In this document: positions 22,097 to 35,798 of the stretch, one piece after another | How positions within the stretch are numbered: position 1 is the stretch's first letter | How the letters are laid out: each line of letters begins with the position of its first letter | Source: Rebecca billardiae RCC1528 | Lineage: Eukaryota > Protista > Haptophyta | Reading direction: 5' to 3' | NCBI GenBank assembly: GCA_965240325.2 | Contig: OZ251229.1 | Coordinates: 434,001 to 498,000 of the forward strand | Length of the DNA stretch: 64,000 nt | Position numbers and translations under genes: made by a program | The notes under the pieces: model-generated | Told to the model about the DNA's origin: nothing | What the model saw: only the letters and a program-made list of their open reading frames with translations | Database searches by the model: none

Positions 22097-25000
22097 GCGC
22101 AGCCGCCGCGGCGCGCGGGCGGTTGACGGGCAGCTCGTCGACGGCCACCCCCTGATAGAAGCCGTCGGTGATCGTGCGCTGCAGGAAGGCGCGGCGCGCG
22201 GCCGCGAGCGCGCGCGCCGGCGTGGACTCGTCCATCTTGAGGTTGCGCGCGATCTCCTCGGGCGCCATCTCGTCCGCCTTCGTCGCGATGATCAGCACGT
22301 CCCCGCGCAGTCCCTCGCGCACCAGCTGCCGCTTGAAGCCCAGCGGCATCATGTCGTGTATGTCCTTGTCGTTGAGCGCGCGCGCGCAGTGCGACACAAA
22401 GATCACGCCGTCCGCGCGCTCGATGTAGTGCCGCACCGCAGCGTCGCGCGCGGAGTTGTCGTCCTGCGCGCGCGCGGGCGCGGCGCGAGCGGACGGGCGC
22501 GTGAGCTCAGCGCGCGCGGTCGCGCGCGCCGGGGGCGAGCGCCGGACCGCGCGCGCGCGCACGCGCACGCGCGCGCTCGGCGCGCACATGCAGCCCCGGA
22601 GCGTCGACGAGCCGCATGCCTGTGCCGAGCACGGGCCAGGGGCCCTGCAGCTCGATGGCGTGGAGCAGCGGCCAGACGGACTGCCCGGTGCACGTGTCGT
22701 CCGACGAGTCGGCGAACGGCTGCAGCAGCCGCGAGAGCTCGGCGCTGTCGCGCGCGTGCAGCGTGAGCGTGTGCCCGAGCGCTGCGCCGAGCGCGCTCAG
22801 CCGCGCCTCGACCGAGGCCACGAGCGCCCGCTCGCCCGCGCTCGCGTCGAACGCGCCGCCGAAGAGCGAGAGGACGCGCGCGTGGCGCTCTTTCGCGGCG
22901 GCGGGCGCGTCGTCCGCGGGCTCCTTCCCGCCCGCCTGCACCACCGCGCGCACGTCCTCGCCCAGCTGCTCCGCCGTGCAGAACCTGACGCGCGCCTGGT
23001 ACAGCTCGGCGTCGCAGCGCGCCCTCGCGCGGAAGGCGATCTCGATGATGGCGGCGGTGCACGCGCGCATGCAGCTGGTGGGCAGCAGCGAGACCTCGCC
23101 GAGGAGCGCGTTGAGCAGCGTGGACTTGCCCGCGCCCGTGCCGCCGCACACGACGAACGTCGTGCTGGCCGCGGCGCCGCCCTCCTCGCTGCCGCCCGCC
23201 TCGACGAGCCGAGGCCACAGCTCAGGGCGCGGCGCGCCCGGCTTGAGGGCGGCCGCGCGCCGCTCGGCCTCGCGGAGCGGCCGCAGCGCGCTCAGCAGCT
23301 CAGCAGCCTGCGCGGCGTTCAGCGCGTTCGGCCTGCACAGCTCCGCGTCCACCTCCTCGTCCGAGAGCGACGCGAAGAGGGCGAGCGGCGCGCACAAGTA
23401 AATGGCGGACGGCACGCGCGTGAGCTGGGCGCCGGCCGCGCGCGACAGCCACGCCACCGCCGCGCTCACGCTCTCCTTGGCCGGCCTCGGCGCAGCGGGC
23501 GGCGGGCCCGGCGCGGCGGCGGCGGCAGGCGGCGGCGGCGGCTCTGACTCGAGGAGCGCGCGCGCGCGCGCGAGGCGCAGCAGCAGCGCGCGCTGCTGAA
23601 GCCGCGCGCAATCCGCGCCGCTCTTCTCCACCGCGTCCCTGAGGTCGGCGGCGTCAAACTGGAGCAGCGTCTCGCAGTCCACCTGCTCGTCGGCGCAATG
23701 GTCCGCGAGCTCGGCCGCGCCGAACAAGTAGAGGTGCTCGTTGGCGAGGCCGGCGAGGCCGGCCTGCACGGCGTGCAGCCACGGGCCGCACGGGGCGTCC
23801 GGCGTGCCGAGGGCGGCGGCGTCGAACGCGGCGAGCTCGCGCGCGCACGCCCCCGCCCGCTCGGCCGAGCAGCCGGACGTGGGCGGCGGCAGCGCGCGCA
23901 CGTCGAGCGCGCTCTGCTTGAAGCCGGCCCACGCGCCGAACTCGACGCTCGGCGCGGCCGTCGCGGGGCCGATCTGGAGGTACCGCTGCAGCGCCTTCTC
24001 GGCGACGTCGACGAGCTCGGGCATCTTCAGCTGCCCCGCTTGCTTCGCGAGCTCGGCCTGGATGGCCGCCTTGAGCGCCAGCTGCCCGCCCCCAACCAGG
24101 GCGGCCGCGCGGCTGCACCAGAGCAGCGCGTGCCCCGCGCTGCTCACGAGGCAAAGGCAGCTGGGCCTCCCTCGGGGGCACCGCCTGCCTTTGCTCGCCA
24201 GCACGCCGCGCAGCACCCTGGGCACGAGCGCCTCGCGCACAGCCTTGAGCAGCTCGTCCGCCATGCCGACCAGATCGGTCGCCATCTCGCGGCGCTCGCA
24301 GCCGAGCGCGGCGGCCGCGCGCAGCAGGAAGCGGTGCGCGCCACCGAGCGGCGCCATGCACATCCCGACGAGGGGCAGCATCGGCTTGAAGTGCCACTCG
24401 AGAAGGTAGCAGGAGCCCCTCAGCTTGCCGAGCTCGGCGACGGCAAGGGCGCACGCCTTGGGCACGAGGTCGGCGTGCTTGCTCGCGAGCTGCTGCTTGG
24501 CGACGCCCCACTCGGGGGACCCCGGCCCCGCCACGCGCAACGCGTCAGCAAACGCGGCCGCGGCCTCGTCGAGGCGATCGCGGACCTCCGTGGTCCGCAG
24601 AGCGGCGAAGTCGTGCGCGATGGCGAGCACGTCGAGGCCCAGCCTGGCGGACTCCGACGGATCAATGCCGGGCGTGCGGAGGATCCCGCGCACCAATCCG
24701 ACGACGACGCCGAGGTGCGCGCCGACGATCGCCCCGCCCTGCTGCGGCCCCGGCCCCGCGGCGCTCTTGACGCGCCCGAGCAGCTCGAGCAGCGACTGCG
24801 GGCCCGAGGACATCTCGATGCGCCGGCGCAGCGCGTCTGCGATGCGCGCGTCGGCGTGCTGCGCCTGCGCCACCACGTGCGCCTGCGGCACCAGCTGCCC
24901 CTGCGTCTGCGCCTGCGCCAGCCTCATCACCCGCGCCTGCGGCACCACCTGCGCCTGCACCTGCACCTCGCGCGCAATGGCGACGTTGACCAGGCACAGC

Positions 25001-27525
25001 TCGAGCCCGCGCACGGCGAGCGCAGAGCCGGCCGCGTCGGCGCCGTCGGCAGGTGCGCTGCCACCGATCGCGGCGTCGAGCATGGCGCAGAGCAGGTGCG
25101 CTCCGCACCGCGCCTTGCGCTGGATCTTGCCGGTGGCCGCCGGCTGCGCCGTGCCGGCCGCGGGCGCGCTGCCGAGCTGCCCGAGCTTCTCCGCCTTGCT
25201 CAGCGCCCACTCGAACGCCGTGCGCCAAGCCTTGCTGCCCGCGCCGTACTGGAGCAGCTCGGCCACCAGGCCCTTCAGCTGGGCGCCGAACGCGCCCTGC
25301 CTGAAAGCGCTGTCCGTCCGCGCGTACTGGCAGACGTGGTCGAGCTCCTTGAGCACGCCCTTCAGCGTGGCGTGGATGACTGGCGACCACGCCTTGCGGC
25401 CGTCGCGGCCGGCTGGGCTCGCGCCGCTCGGCGCGTCCGCAGCGAGCTTGCGCGCCGAGCGCAGGATGGACGAGCACCGCTCGAGGCTCTTGCTGCGCGG
25501 CACCGGCCACAGAGCGCGCCACTTGAAGCCGAGCTCGCGCACCACCTTGTGCGTCTCAGCGAACGCCGCGAGCGCGACGAACTGGGGGTAGAGCTTCTCG
25601 CCGAGCTGCTCGAGCTGCGCCGTGTCGCCGCTCGCCTCGGGCGGCAGCTTGGCGCACAGCTGCTCGAGCTGCGAGGAGATGGCGATCAGCGCGCACAGCG
25701 CGGCGCGGCAGTGCTCGACGGTCCACGCCGGCGCTGGCGCGCTCTCGACCTCCGACTCGGCGTCGAAGATGTCGTCGAAAGTGACGAGCGACGGCGCGCC
25801 CAGCTTGAGGGCAGCCGCGCCGCCCTCGAGTGCGCTGGTGAGGGCGCCCGCGTGCCGGCCGTCATGGAGCGCCGCCTGAATCTCGTCGAGCAGATCGCCC
25901 AGCTCTTCCGCCAGCTCGCTGAAGTCGGCGTACTCGTCGACCTCCTTCCAGCAGTCGCAGCTGCGGCTTGCGCGCTTGCGGCTTTCATGCCGCCAATTTC
26001 GCCCGTACCGCCCGTAGCGGTAGTCGTCCTCGTCCTCGTCCTGCTCCGAGTCGGTCTCCTCGCACTGCTCGCACTCATAGTCGTCCGGCGGCTCGAGCGA
26101 GTTGTCGAACTCGCTCCACGCCTCCTCCAGCCGACCACGGATGTAGGCGCTCATCCGATCGACAAGCGCCTCGTGGCGCTTGCGGAATAACGCGAGCTTC
26201 CGCTCGAGCTCGCCGCGCTTCTCGAGATGCTTCTTCTCGAGCTCAATCTGCTTGCTGATGGCCGCGAGGAAGCTGGCCTCGTCCGTGGGCGTGGGCGATG
26301 GCGGCGGCTCGCACGAGGGCGCGCCGGTCGCGCCACGCGCGTCGTCAGCCGCTGCGCGCGGCGGCGGCGAGCAAGCAGCATCCGCGCGCGGACGAGTGGC
26401 GCGCTGCTCCGCCGCGCCGTCCTCCTCCTCGAGCGCGTCCGCGCCGCGCTTGGTGCCGCCGGGCGGCGCGGCCGATGGCTGCGCCGCATCGACCATCTCG
26501 GCCTCCTCCGCCTCCGCCGCGGCGGGGCCGGCCGCTGGGTCGATCGTCTGCGGGGCGGCGAGCGTACCGCACTCGGCGGTCTCGACGGCGGCCAGCGTGC
26601 CTGCGTCCAGCGCGTCGGCGACCGCCTGCACGGCCGCCTCCGCCGTCTCGGTAGCGGCTGCCGCGGCCTGCACGGCCAACTCGACCGTCTGGACCGCCGC
26701 CGGCACAGCTTGCACAGCCGCCGCCGCCGTCTCAATGGCGGCCGGCGCCGCCTGCACAGCCGCCGCCGCCGTCTCGATGGCGGCCGGCGCCGCCTGCACA
26801 GCCGCCGCCGCCGTCTCGGCCACGACTTGCACAGCCGCCGCCGCCGTCTCAACCGCAGAAGGCGTGCGAGAGAGCCGACCGTGCGCGTCCGCGCGACGAG
26901 GGGGCGTGGCGGGCTTGGGGTTCGTCGGACTCTGAGTCAGGCCCAGCGTCGCGTTGAAGTTGGCCATCGGCCGGACCGGGCTGGTCGGTGTGTCGTCGTG
27001 CGCGCGCTCGCCGCCGAGACGCGCGTCCGTCTGCGGCGTCGAGCCCGCCAGGAGGGGCGTCTCCATCGAGCCGCGGACGGCAGCCGGCGGCTCCCTCGCG
27101 ACGGGAAGCGACCGCGCCTGATCGACGAGCTCGTACGCGTAGCCGGCCTCCGTGCGCGGGAGCGAGCCCTTGACCCACGGCCCGATCGTGAGCGTGTCGC
27201 CCAAGTTGAGTACCGTGCTGACGCCTTGCGTCTTGTCGGCTGGCTGCAGGTGCTCGACGGTGGCGCAGCCGGCGCGGTGCACGAGCACGCCGTTCCGGTG
27301 CTGCACGCGCAGCATGGCCGTTTCGGGCTGATCCTTGAGCTGGATGATGGTGCAGTGCTGCCGCGAGACGCTCTGCTCTTCCGGCGGGAGGCACAACGCT
27401 GGGACCGTCCTCCCCAGCTGGAACGACTCGTGGCCGAAGGGCACGTCACCCGCACGCTCCCGCGTCAAGCCGATCGGGCGGAGAGCGAGCGCGCGCGGGG
27501 CACGCGGCGCCGGTGTCTCAGCCAT
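21180..27525 (-). CDS. Large FHA + helical region + SAM-like + dynamin-family (SLIP-GC/NUGGC-like) GTPase
   Basis: FHA motifs LGR..SVSRQH..RNG; G1 GGTGAGKSTLLNALLG, LPTSCMRACTA, G3 LVDAPGL, DDNSAR, G4 TKAD; intron 22464-22587; ends in SDVIDLTLD. Confidence 0.88.
26620..26860 (-). repeat. Coding tandem repeat (about 39-bp unit, ETAAAAVQAAPAA-like) inside the FHA-GTPase gene
   Basis: Four to six degenerate copies of tgcacagccgccgccgccgtctc visible. Confidence 0.85.
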
Positions 27526-27807
27526 GACCGCCGCGACCTGCCTGCGTCAACTCGCCCGCGTCGCAGGTCGTTGCCTTGTCCGAGCACTGCTCGCAAGCGC
27601 CAGCTCTGTAAAGCGGGCGCGCGGCCCCCCGCGTTCGCTCGAGGAGCGCTTTGAGCTTGAGCTCGTGAGCAGGAGGACGTCCGTTGGCCAAGGACTGGAG
27701 ACTGCTTCACCGCTTGGCCCACACGACGCACGGCTTGAGTGCCGCGACTCGCGAACAGAGGACAGGGCGAAGCAGGGGACGACGCAGCGGCGGGCGCACC
27801 TCGAGCG
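27526..27807. promoter_or_regulatory. Probable bidirectional promoter between the two divergent GTPase genes
   Basis: Only about 280 bp separate the ATGs at 27525 (-) and 27808 (+). Confidence 0.55.
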
Positions 27808-30800
27808 ATGAGTAGTGACAAGCGCCCGCTCGACGACGCGAATGCGGCGGACGACGTGCAGGTCGTGGCGCCACCGGCGAAGGTGGTCAAGGCCGAGGCC
27901 GTCCCGCCGCTCGCGCGCGACGCGGACGTCGAGGCAGTGTGCGCGTGGCTGCAGACGGCGCTGCCAGTCGTGGGCACGCAGTTTGTCGAGACGGCGCGCG
28001 CGAAAGCGATGGACGCGGCGACGCTGCTCGCGCTCGACAAGGACGGGATCAAGAAGGCGTTCAGTGACTGCGCCAAGGTGGGCCCGCGCATCAAGCTGCA
28101 CGCCCGCCTCGAGGAGCTGCGCAAGGGCGGCGCGCTCGCGTCGAGCTCGGCGGCGCCGTCCGGCGGCGCGGCCGCGGTTGACCTCTCACTCGAGGACGGC
28201 GCGCAGGACGGCACGCTCGACGAGGAGGACGACGCGGGTGCGCTCCCCGAGATCGACGACAACGAGGCGGAGGCCGCCATGTCGCGCGAGTCCGACGCGC
28301 TCGGGCGCATCATCTGGGTGTGCAACAAGCTGGAGGCGCTGATCAAGCAGCGGAAGGACTTCGCCTCGGCCGCGGTCGTGGACGCGCGCCTCGGCGAGCT
28401 CAAGGCGCTCCAAGCGAGGCTGAAGCTACCCACGTGCTCGATCGTCGTCGTCGGCAACACCGGCGCCGGCAAGAGCACCCTGCTCAACTCGCTGATCGGC
28501 GAGGCGGCCGTGCTGCCCACGTCGGGCGTGCGCGCGTGCACCGCGACCATCATCGAGCTCGCGCACGATGGCGACTCGAAGAGCGACTACCGCGGCGAGG
28601 TGGAGTTCATCTCGCAGCAGGAGTGGTTCGACGAGGTGGAGGCGCTCCTCGACGAGCTCACGCAGGAGGACGGCACCGTGATCCTGCACGTGCAGCCCGA
28701 CCGGCCCAACTTCAAGTCGTGGTGCAAGCTGTTCGCTGTGTACGGCGAGAACTACACCAAGAACTCCAAGTGGACCGGCGAGTACTACCCGAGCACGGGC
28801 GCGAAGGTGTACAAGGCGCCGACGCGCGACGAGATGCTGCGCATCCTGCAGAGCCTGCACAGGAGCCAGCACGGCATCACGCGCCACCTCGGCCGCACGG
28901 TCGAGCTGAAGGCGGACGAGGCGGACGGGTTCAGGCGCAAGGTGCATGCACGCGCGCGCGCGCCCTGCCGCGGCGCGGCGGCGCGGCGGCGCCGCGGCTG
29001 ACGTGCGCGCGCGCTGCTCCCGCCCTGCCTCGCGCCCCGCGCCGCGCGCCGCCGCAGGTCGAGCGGTACACGGACTCGAGCGACGAGGTGAGCGCGGGCG
29101 CGTACTGGCCGCTCGTGCGGCAGGTGCGCCTCTTCTCGACGCGCTGGAGGGCGCTGCGCGCGGGCACCATCCTCGTGGACGCGCCCGGGCTGAACGACAA
29201 CAACGCGGCGCGCGACGCGATCGTGAAGCAGCGGCTGCGCGACGCGGACGCCGTGGTGATCTGCTCCAACATCACGCGCGCGGTGAACGACCGCACCGCG
29301 AAGAACCTGCTCGGCGACTCGTTCCGCCGGCAGCTGCTGATGGACGGGCAGTACAGCTCGCTCGTCTTTGTCGCGACGCAGACGGACAAGCTCTCGCGCC
29401 AGGAGGTCATCAAGTCGCTGCGCCTCCCCGCGCAGGCGAGCACGGTCGAGTGCGCGCGCGCGCGCAACGAGAACGTGAAGAAGCAGATCGAGCTCCACTT
29501 CTACGCCGGGCTCAAGGACATGGCGGCCGCCTCGGGCGACGTCACGTCCGACGCGGCGCTGCGCGCGCGCTACCCGCCGCTGCCCACCTTCTGCGTCTCG
29601 TCGCGCGCGTACCAGCTGCTCGAGGGGCTGGTGCCGCCCGCGGAGGGCGCGCGGCGCGCGACGTGGCGCAAGAAGCTCGACACCGAGCTGCCGCAGCTGC
29701 GCAAGCACCTGTGCGACCTCACGCTGCGCCGGCGCCACGCGGCGGTCGAGCAGACGTGCGAGGGCGTGCTCAGGCTCGTCGAGGCCGTCGAGGCCACGGC
29801 GCGCACCACCTCGGCGAGCAAGGACAAGCGCGCGGCGCAGGAGGCCTTCGACGCGGAGATCGCCGAGCTCGAGCGGCTGATGCAGCAGGCGGCCGAGGGC
29901 TTTGGCGAGTTCTTCGCCGAGCAGGTCGCCGCCGTGCTGCGGCCGCAGCTCGAGCAGGGCGCGTCCGACGCGGCGGCCGAGGCGCTGCGGACGGCGCAGG
30001 CGTGGGGCGAGTCGGTGAGGGTGGGCGGCATGCACTGGGCGACGTACAAGGCGACGCTGCGGCGCATGGGCGTGTTCCGCGACAACTTCAACGCGCTGCT
30101 GGGCGAGCCGGTGCTCAGGTGCGTCGCGTCGCACTGGCAGAGCGTCTTTGGCGTCGCGCTCGCGCAGCAGATGCAGAAGACGCTCGATCAGTTGAGCAAG
30201 CTCGTCGGCGGCTTCGACGACGCGTTCCGCGCGCGCATCGCGGCAAAGCTCGCGCCGCCGCCGGCCGCGCCGCCCGAGGCCGCGCCGCAGGCCGTCGTCG
30301 ACGCGAGCTCCGCGGCCGGCCAGCTCGTCGTGCACGCCGGCAGCGCCGGCAGCGCCGTGCCGCCGGCGTCGACGGCGCCCGCGCCCACGAGCGTGGTCCG
30401 CGGCGTCGAGACGCAGCTCAAGGCGATGGGCGACAAGCTCAAGGCGGCCGCGCAGCAGCAGCAGCGCGACATCTCGCGCGATCTCGAGCCGCTCGTGCTC
30501 GCGCACATGAAGCCCGCGTACGAGCGCGGCGCGGCCGAGGCGGGCGTGGGCTCGCACCAGCGGCGGAAGGACCACGTCGAGGGCCACGTCAAGGCGATCT
30601 CGAGCACGTGCTTCCGCACCTCCGCGCTCACGCTCGTCGACAAGCTGGGGCAGCTCAACAAGAGCCTCGTGGCGGAGATGAAGACCTCGATGGCGCAGCA
30701 CGTGGTTGGCAGCCTGAGGGTGCGCGCGCGCGCGCGCGCGCGCGCTCGGACACCGCGCCGCGCCCGTCGCGTGCCGCCTGCTCAGCCCGGCCCGCCGTCC

Positions 30801-31211
30801 ACCGCGCGCGCGCGAATGCGCTCGCAGGTGCACTACAGCGCACTCTGGGACGACCTCACGCCCGCCGTGCTCAGCGCGCGCGCGGAGATGCAGAAGCCGC
30901 CCGTGGACTGCCGGCTCGAGGCGGGCAACGCGCTGCGCGCGCTCAACAAGCCGCCCGCTGCCGCCGCCGCCGCCGCCGCGGGTGATGGCGACGCGTCGGA
31001 GCAGGCGGAGATGGAGGACGACTTGGTCGACGTCACCGCGCAGATGCAGGCGCGCCGTGCTGCGCAGCGCGATGCAGAGATGATCGACCTCGACGATCCG
31101 CGGTTCGCCTCGGCCGGTGCCGGCTTGTCGGATGGCGCCTCCCCGAGCGCCGTGCCGCCCGCCGCTGACGCAGCAGATGCCCGCCCGGCGCAGGTCAAGC
31201 CCGAGAAGTAG
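27808..31211 (+). CDS. SAM-domain + SLIP-GC/NUGGC-like dynamin-family GTPase with C-terminal helical stalk
   Basis: SAM-like VEAVCAWL..MDAATLLALDKDGIK..VGPRIKL; G1 GNTGAGKSTLLNSLIG, LPTSGVRACTA, YWPLVRQVRL, LVDAPGLNDNNAAR, HWATYKATLRRMGVF. Introns 28942-29057 and 30720-30827. Confidence 0.9.
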
Positions 31212-31443
31212 TCATATCGTTGTATAGCTCTGCGGTACGCGCGGTTATTGGGCAGGCCCAGCAGTAGCAGTTCCGCTGCCCTCGCTCACCATAGCAGCAC
31301 TGCGCCACTCATCAGCAGCCATCGTCCTGCTGGCAGCATCATCATCTATATATATACGTATGCGCTTTGATAAGCTAAAGCAGCGCAGGCTGCCAGATGA
31401 CATCACTGCTCCGATGGCGATGCGCGCTTGATCACTTGACGGA

Positions 31444-33442
31444 TCAGTCGGATGCGATGGTGGTTGTCGCCTCGGCGACACGAAAGCCAAGCTCGAGCAT
31501 TGCCGGTGGCGTGGTGTGGTCGCAGCACACAAAGACTTCGTGCTCGCCTGCTTCGAGTCGGCCGATGACCATGAAGTCGCCAAGCGTCGGATGCTGCAGC
31601 ACTGCGCCGCACTCGACGGGCGGGGATGCGCGGGGGCGCGCGCCCGTGAGCTGAGCGCTGAAGACGGACATGCTGGACTGAAGCCGAGCCGAAGCAACAG
31701 CCCCGCGCCCCTCCACCTGGTACTCCGCGTCACTGTCGCTGCTGGCGAGCTCCACTTCGTCGACGTCGTCGGGCAACCCTGCCTCGTCGAGCAGGCCGTC
31801 GTCGACGGCACGCCCCTCGCCGGCTGCCGCCGCGCGCGCGTCGCCTCGGGCGAGCGTAGCGGCTGCAGCTGGACGCAGACGCGCGCGCAGCTCGGCGCAC
31901 GTGCTGAGCACGTCAAGCGCAAAGGCAGCGCTGTCTGGCCCGGCCTCTGGCACGCCCCAGAGCACCACGTGCACCGGCCGCGCCTCCAGCTCGTCCGCGG
32001 GCAGGGCCTCCGCCCCGTCGGCGCCGCTGCGCTCCGGGGCGACGAGGAGCGCCACTGCTCCGACCACGTCTGCGGCCGAGTCCTCGCCACCGGCGCCGTG
32101 TGCGGCGACCGCCGCCGCGCCAGAGGCCGAGCTCAGCGCCGCTGCGGGGAGCGCGGTCGCGCCGAGGAACAGCGCGTGGTGCGCCGCGCGCGCCAGGTGG
32201 GTGAGCACGAGCACGGCGTCCTCGCTGAGCGCGCCCGGCGGCGGTTGAGAGGCGGCCGCAATCGCCCACTCGACCGTGAGCGCCACCACGCCGCCCGCCT
32301 GCGCGACCACGAGCACGTCGAGCGCGTGCGTGCGCGCGGCGCGCGGCGCGGGGGCGACCCACACGCGCCGGTGCGCGCTGAGCAGCGGCGCATCGGGCGG
32401 CACGCCCAGCACGCCGCCAAAGTCGAGCAGAGCGTGGATGTCGCGCAGCCGCGAGGCCGGCGGCGTGCGCGCGCAGCTGAGCACCGCGCCCGCATGCAGC
32501 GCGCACGTGCTCAGCTTGGGCACGGCGTGCGCCACGGAGGCGCCGGGGGCCGCGGCGCCGCCCGGGCTTTCGGCGCTCACGCGCACGCGCGCGAGCGCGC
32601 GCGAGGCCTCCTGCTCGAGGAGCTCGAGCTGCTGCTCCAGCCGGCTGCGCGCGCCCGCAGCCACGCGCGCGCACGGGACGGCGCCGAAGACGGCCGCGAC
32701 CAGGCTCGCCGGCAGTGCCGCGCCCTGCACGAGCCTGCCGCCCGTGCGCGCGGGCCCCGCGGGGGCAGGCGGGCCGGGGGCGGGCTGCGCGCCCGCCTCG
32801 AGCGCGCGCGCGCTGGCGCTCGCGACCACGGGGTCCAGCGTGCCCCGGAGCTCGCGGCGCGCGCGCACGGCGCTCTCGTCCACGTCGTGCGCGGCGCGCG
32901 CGAGCGCGTGGCGCACGCGGCCGAGGGTCGAGACGAGCGGCTCACCGCCCGCGAGGAGATCGCACGCACGGAGCGTGCTCTCCACGAGCCGGTGCAGCAT
33001 CCTGTGCGGCGCGTGCTCGCGCAGGAAGATCGAGCCGCCCGGCTCGGCCGAGATGGTCACGAGCAGCACGAGCACAAAGGGCGTGCCCGTGACGCGCACG
33101 TACACTGCGCGCATCTGGCCGCCGTCCGGTGCGTCGAAGCGCACCTCGCGGAGCTGGGCCCCCGGCGCGAGGTGACGAGCGCGCGGGTGGGGCCCGGTCT
33201 CGAGTGAAAGGTCGATGGAAGCGCCGTGCGGCGCGCGGGCGCGCACCGGACGCGCCGCGCACCGGCTCTTCGGTGAGCATGCCCATGGCTGCATTGAGCG
33301 CGATCAGCAGGCCGCGGGTACCGCGCGGCTCGGCACCCTCGGGATAAACGTACAGCACCTCGTCGCGCTCCGCGTCCTCGTCGCCCGCACCCTCCGGGTT
33401 GATCACCAGCCAAGAGAGCGGCGCGCGCTCCCCCGCCGCCAT
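31444..33442 (-). CDS. Longin-domain protein of the CCZ1/HPS4/INTU type (putative Rab GEF subunit)
   Basis: N-terminus WLVINPEGAGDEDAERDEVLYVYP...RGLLIAL matches the first-longin signature from memory. Intron 33154-33262 joins it to a long frame. Confidence 0.6.
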
Positions 33443-33602
33443 GCCGACGGTTGGCCCCGGACTGACTGACTTGACTTTGGAATGTCCGGATCGTATTTCG
33501 ACTCGGCATTATTTTCATCGGCAAGCTTGACTTTGGCTTGAGAGCACCGACGCGAGCGGGCAACGGCTGCTCGGCCTCGAGGTCGCGCACCGGTGTGCTC
33601 CC

Positions 33603-35260
33603 ATGGCTGGCGAGGGGGGAAAGCGAGGCCGCACGGAGGCCGCGCCCGCGGCTGCGGCCCCGCGGGAGCTGGCTGGCGACAGGGCTGGCAGTACGATGCC
33701 CACGTACGAGTTCCCCGAGGTGGCTGACAAGTACGACATCACCGAGAAGCTTGGGCAGGGCACATACGCTGTGGTGTACAAGGCCGTGCCCAAGGACCCG
33801 GCGCTCGGAGAGGAGGCGATCGCGCTCAAGCGCTTCAAGGTGTGGCATAACAAGCCGTCGCGCATACTCAACGAGGCCGAGATGCTCGCGCAGTGCGGGT
33901 GCGCGCCTGCGCATCCTGCCGCGAGGGCGCGCGCGCACACGCGCCGTGACTCGCGCGCGCGTGCTCGTCGCTGCGTGGCGCGCAGAGGCGAGAACTACGT
34001 GGTCGAGCTGCGCGACGTGCTGCGAGTCAAGTGTGACACGTCGTTTCTCCTCCCGTACTTCAAGCACGACTCGTTCCGGGTGTGTGCCAGCGCGCGCGCC
34101 TACGCGCACGATGGCGCGCACTTGGCCCTGACCGCGCTCGCACGCGCCCTCGGCGCGGCGCGCCGCAGGACAACCTGCACCGCTTCGATGTGGAGCACAC
34201 GGTGGCGTACATGACCTGCCTCTTCCAGGCGCTCGAGCACTGCCACCGCCGCCGCGTGCTGCACCGCGACGTGAAGCCCTCCAACGCCCTCTACTCGTTC
34301 GCCGAGCGGCGCGCGATGCTCGTCGACTTTGGGCTGGCCGAGCGGATGTCGCCGCCGAGCGCCAAGCCCAAGCCGGTGCACGCGGCGCAGCCGCGGCGGG
34401 GGTCACAGCTGTTCAAGTCGGCGACGGACGGCAGCCGGCTGCAGTACGTGATGCCGCAGGCCGGAGGCAGTCGTGCGCACGCTCAGCACGCGCCCGTCGC
34501 GCCCGCGGCCTCCGGGCCGGCCGGGCCGAGCGGCGGCGTGGCGGGCCGCAAGGCGGGGCGCGCCAGCGCGCACGCGGAGGCGCTGCCGTCGCTTCCGCGC
34601 GCGCGCGCGGGGACGCGCGGCTTCCGCGCGCCCGAGTGCCTGCTGAGCTGCGAGGAGCGCACCGGCGCCATCGACGTGTGGGCGGCGGGGATCATCCTCC
34701 TCTCCATCCTCGCGCGCACGTACCCGTTCATCAACTCGTCCGAGGACGCGGCGCAGCTGTGGGAAATCTGCCGCTTCCGAGGCGTGCGCGCGCTCGCCGC
34801 CGCGGCGCGCGAGCTCGAGCGCGGCCTCGAGATCAGCGTGCCGGCGGGGTGGGAGCCGCTGCCGGACGAGCCCGTCCCGCTCGAGTCGCTCTGCCACCTC
34901 TCGCTCGGCGCCATCCCGCCCGGCCGCGTGCGCGAGGAGCTGCTCAAGCTGACCGACCGCTGCCTCGACCCAAACCCGCGCACGCGCATCAGCGCCAAGG
35001 AGGCGTGGGAGCGGATGCGCGCACTCGGCGCGGGCGTCGAGTCGGGGCTTCCGGGCGAGGGCAACGGCGCGGAGCATTCCGCGGTCGTCGAGCCGCCCCG
35101 CGCTCAGCCGCCGCCGGCGTCACCGCGCGAGTTGCCGCCTGCGCAACCAGCGGCTGCGGCGCCCGCGCCACAGCCGTCGCCGCCTCGGAAGCTGGTCACG
35201 CGCTCGGGCGCCAAGCAAGGCAAGCAGGCGGCGGCAGCGACGACTTTGGCGACTCTCTGA
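33603..35260 (+). CDS. CDC7: Cell division control protein 7 (DDK) kinase
   Basis: LGQGTYAVVYKA, PSRILNE, LPYFKHDSFR, HRDVKPSN, LVDFGLAE, long kinase insert, RAGTRGFRAPE, AIDVWAAGIILLSIL..YPF. Introns 33899-33985 and 34080-34168. Confidence 0.93.
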
Positions 35261-35538
35261 GGCTTCTGCGCATGGGAGGGCCGCGGCGAGCACGCGCGCC
35301 GCCCGTCGCCCTGCGACCGCGAGGCCCTGTGACTACGCGTTGCCTGAGGTCACCGCCCCGGTCGCGGCGGCGTTGGCGGCGCCACTGTGACGCTCGGCAG
35401 ACGGCAGCGGTTGGCGGTGACTCCTGGCACTCGCGGTCGACGCGGAGACTGCGCCTCCACTGACCTCTGACGGCACCTGCCACCGACGTCGTCGTCACTC
35501 GTTGTCAGCATTGACAGCTTACTCGACGATCGATGACA

Positions 35539-35666
<128 letters not shown>

Positions 35667-35798
35667 CCGTTATTAATAGTCGCCCGTCGTCAGGCTACAT
35701 ATATCATCAGTATGTCGTAGTACGTAAATATAGCTTATTATTAGTCTTAGTATGAGAATAATGAGTGACACTGTGACACTATCTGGCCGTGTATCATA

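Noticed and set aside
27739-27807. Upstream non-ATG start extensions given in the ORF track (here and for other genes)
   Set aside because: The genome is eukaryotic, so the first in-frame ATG was used instead.
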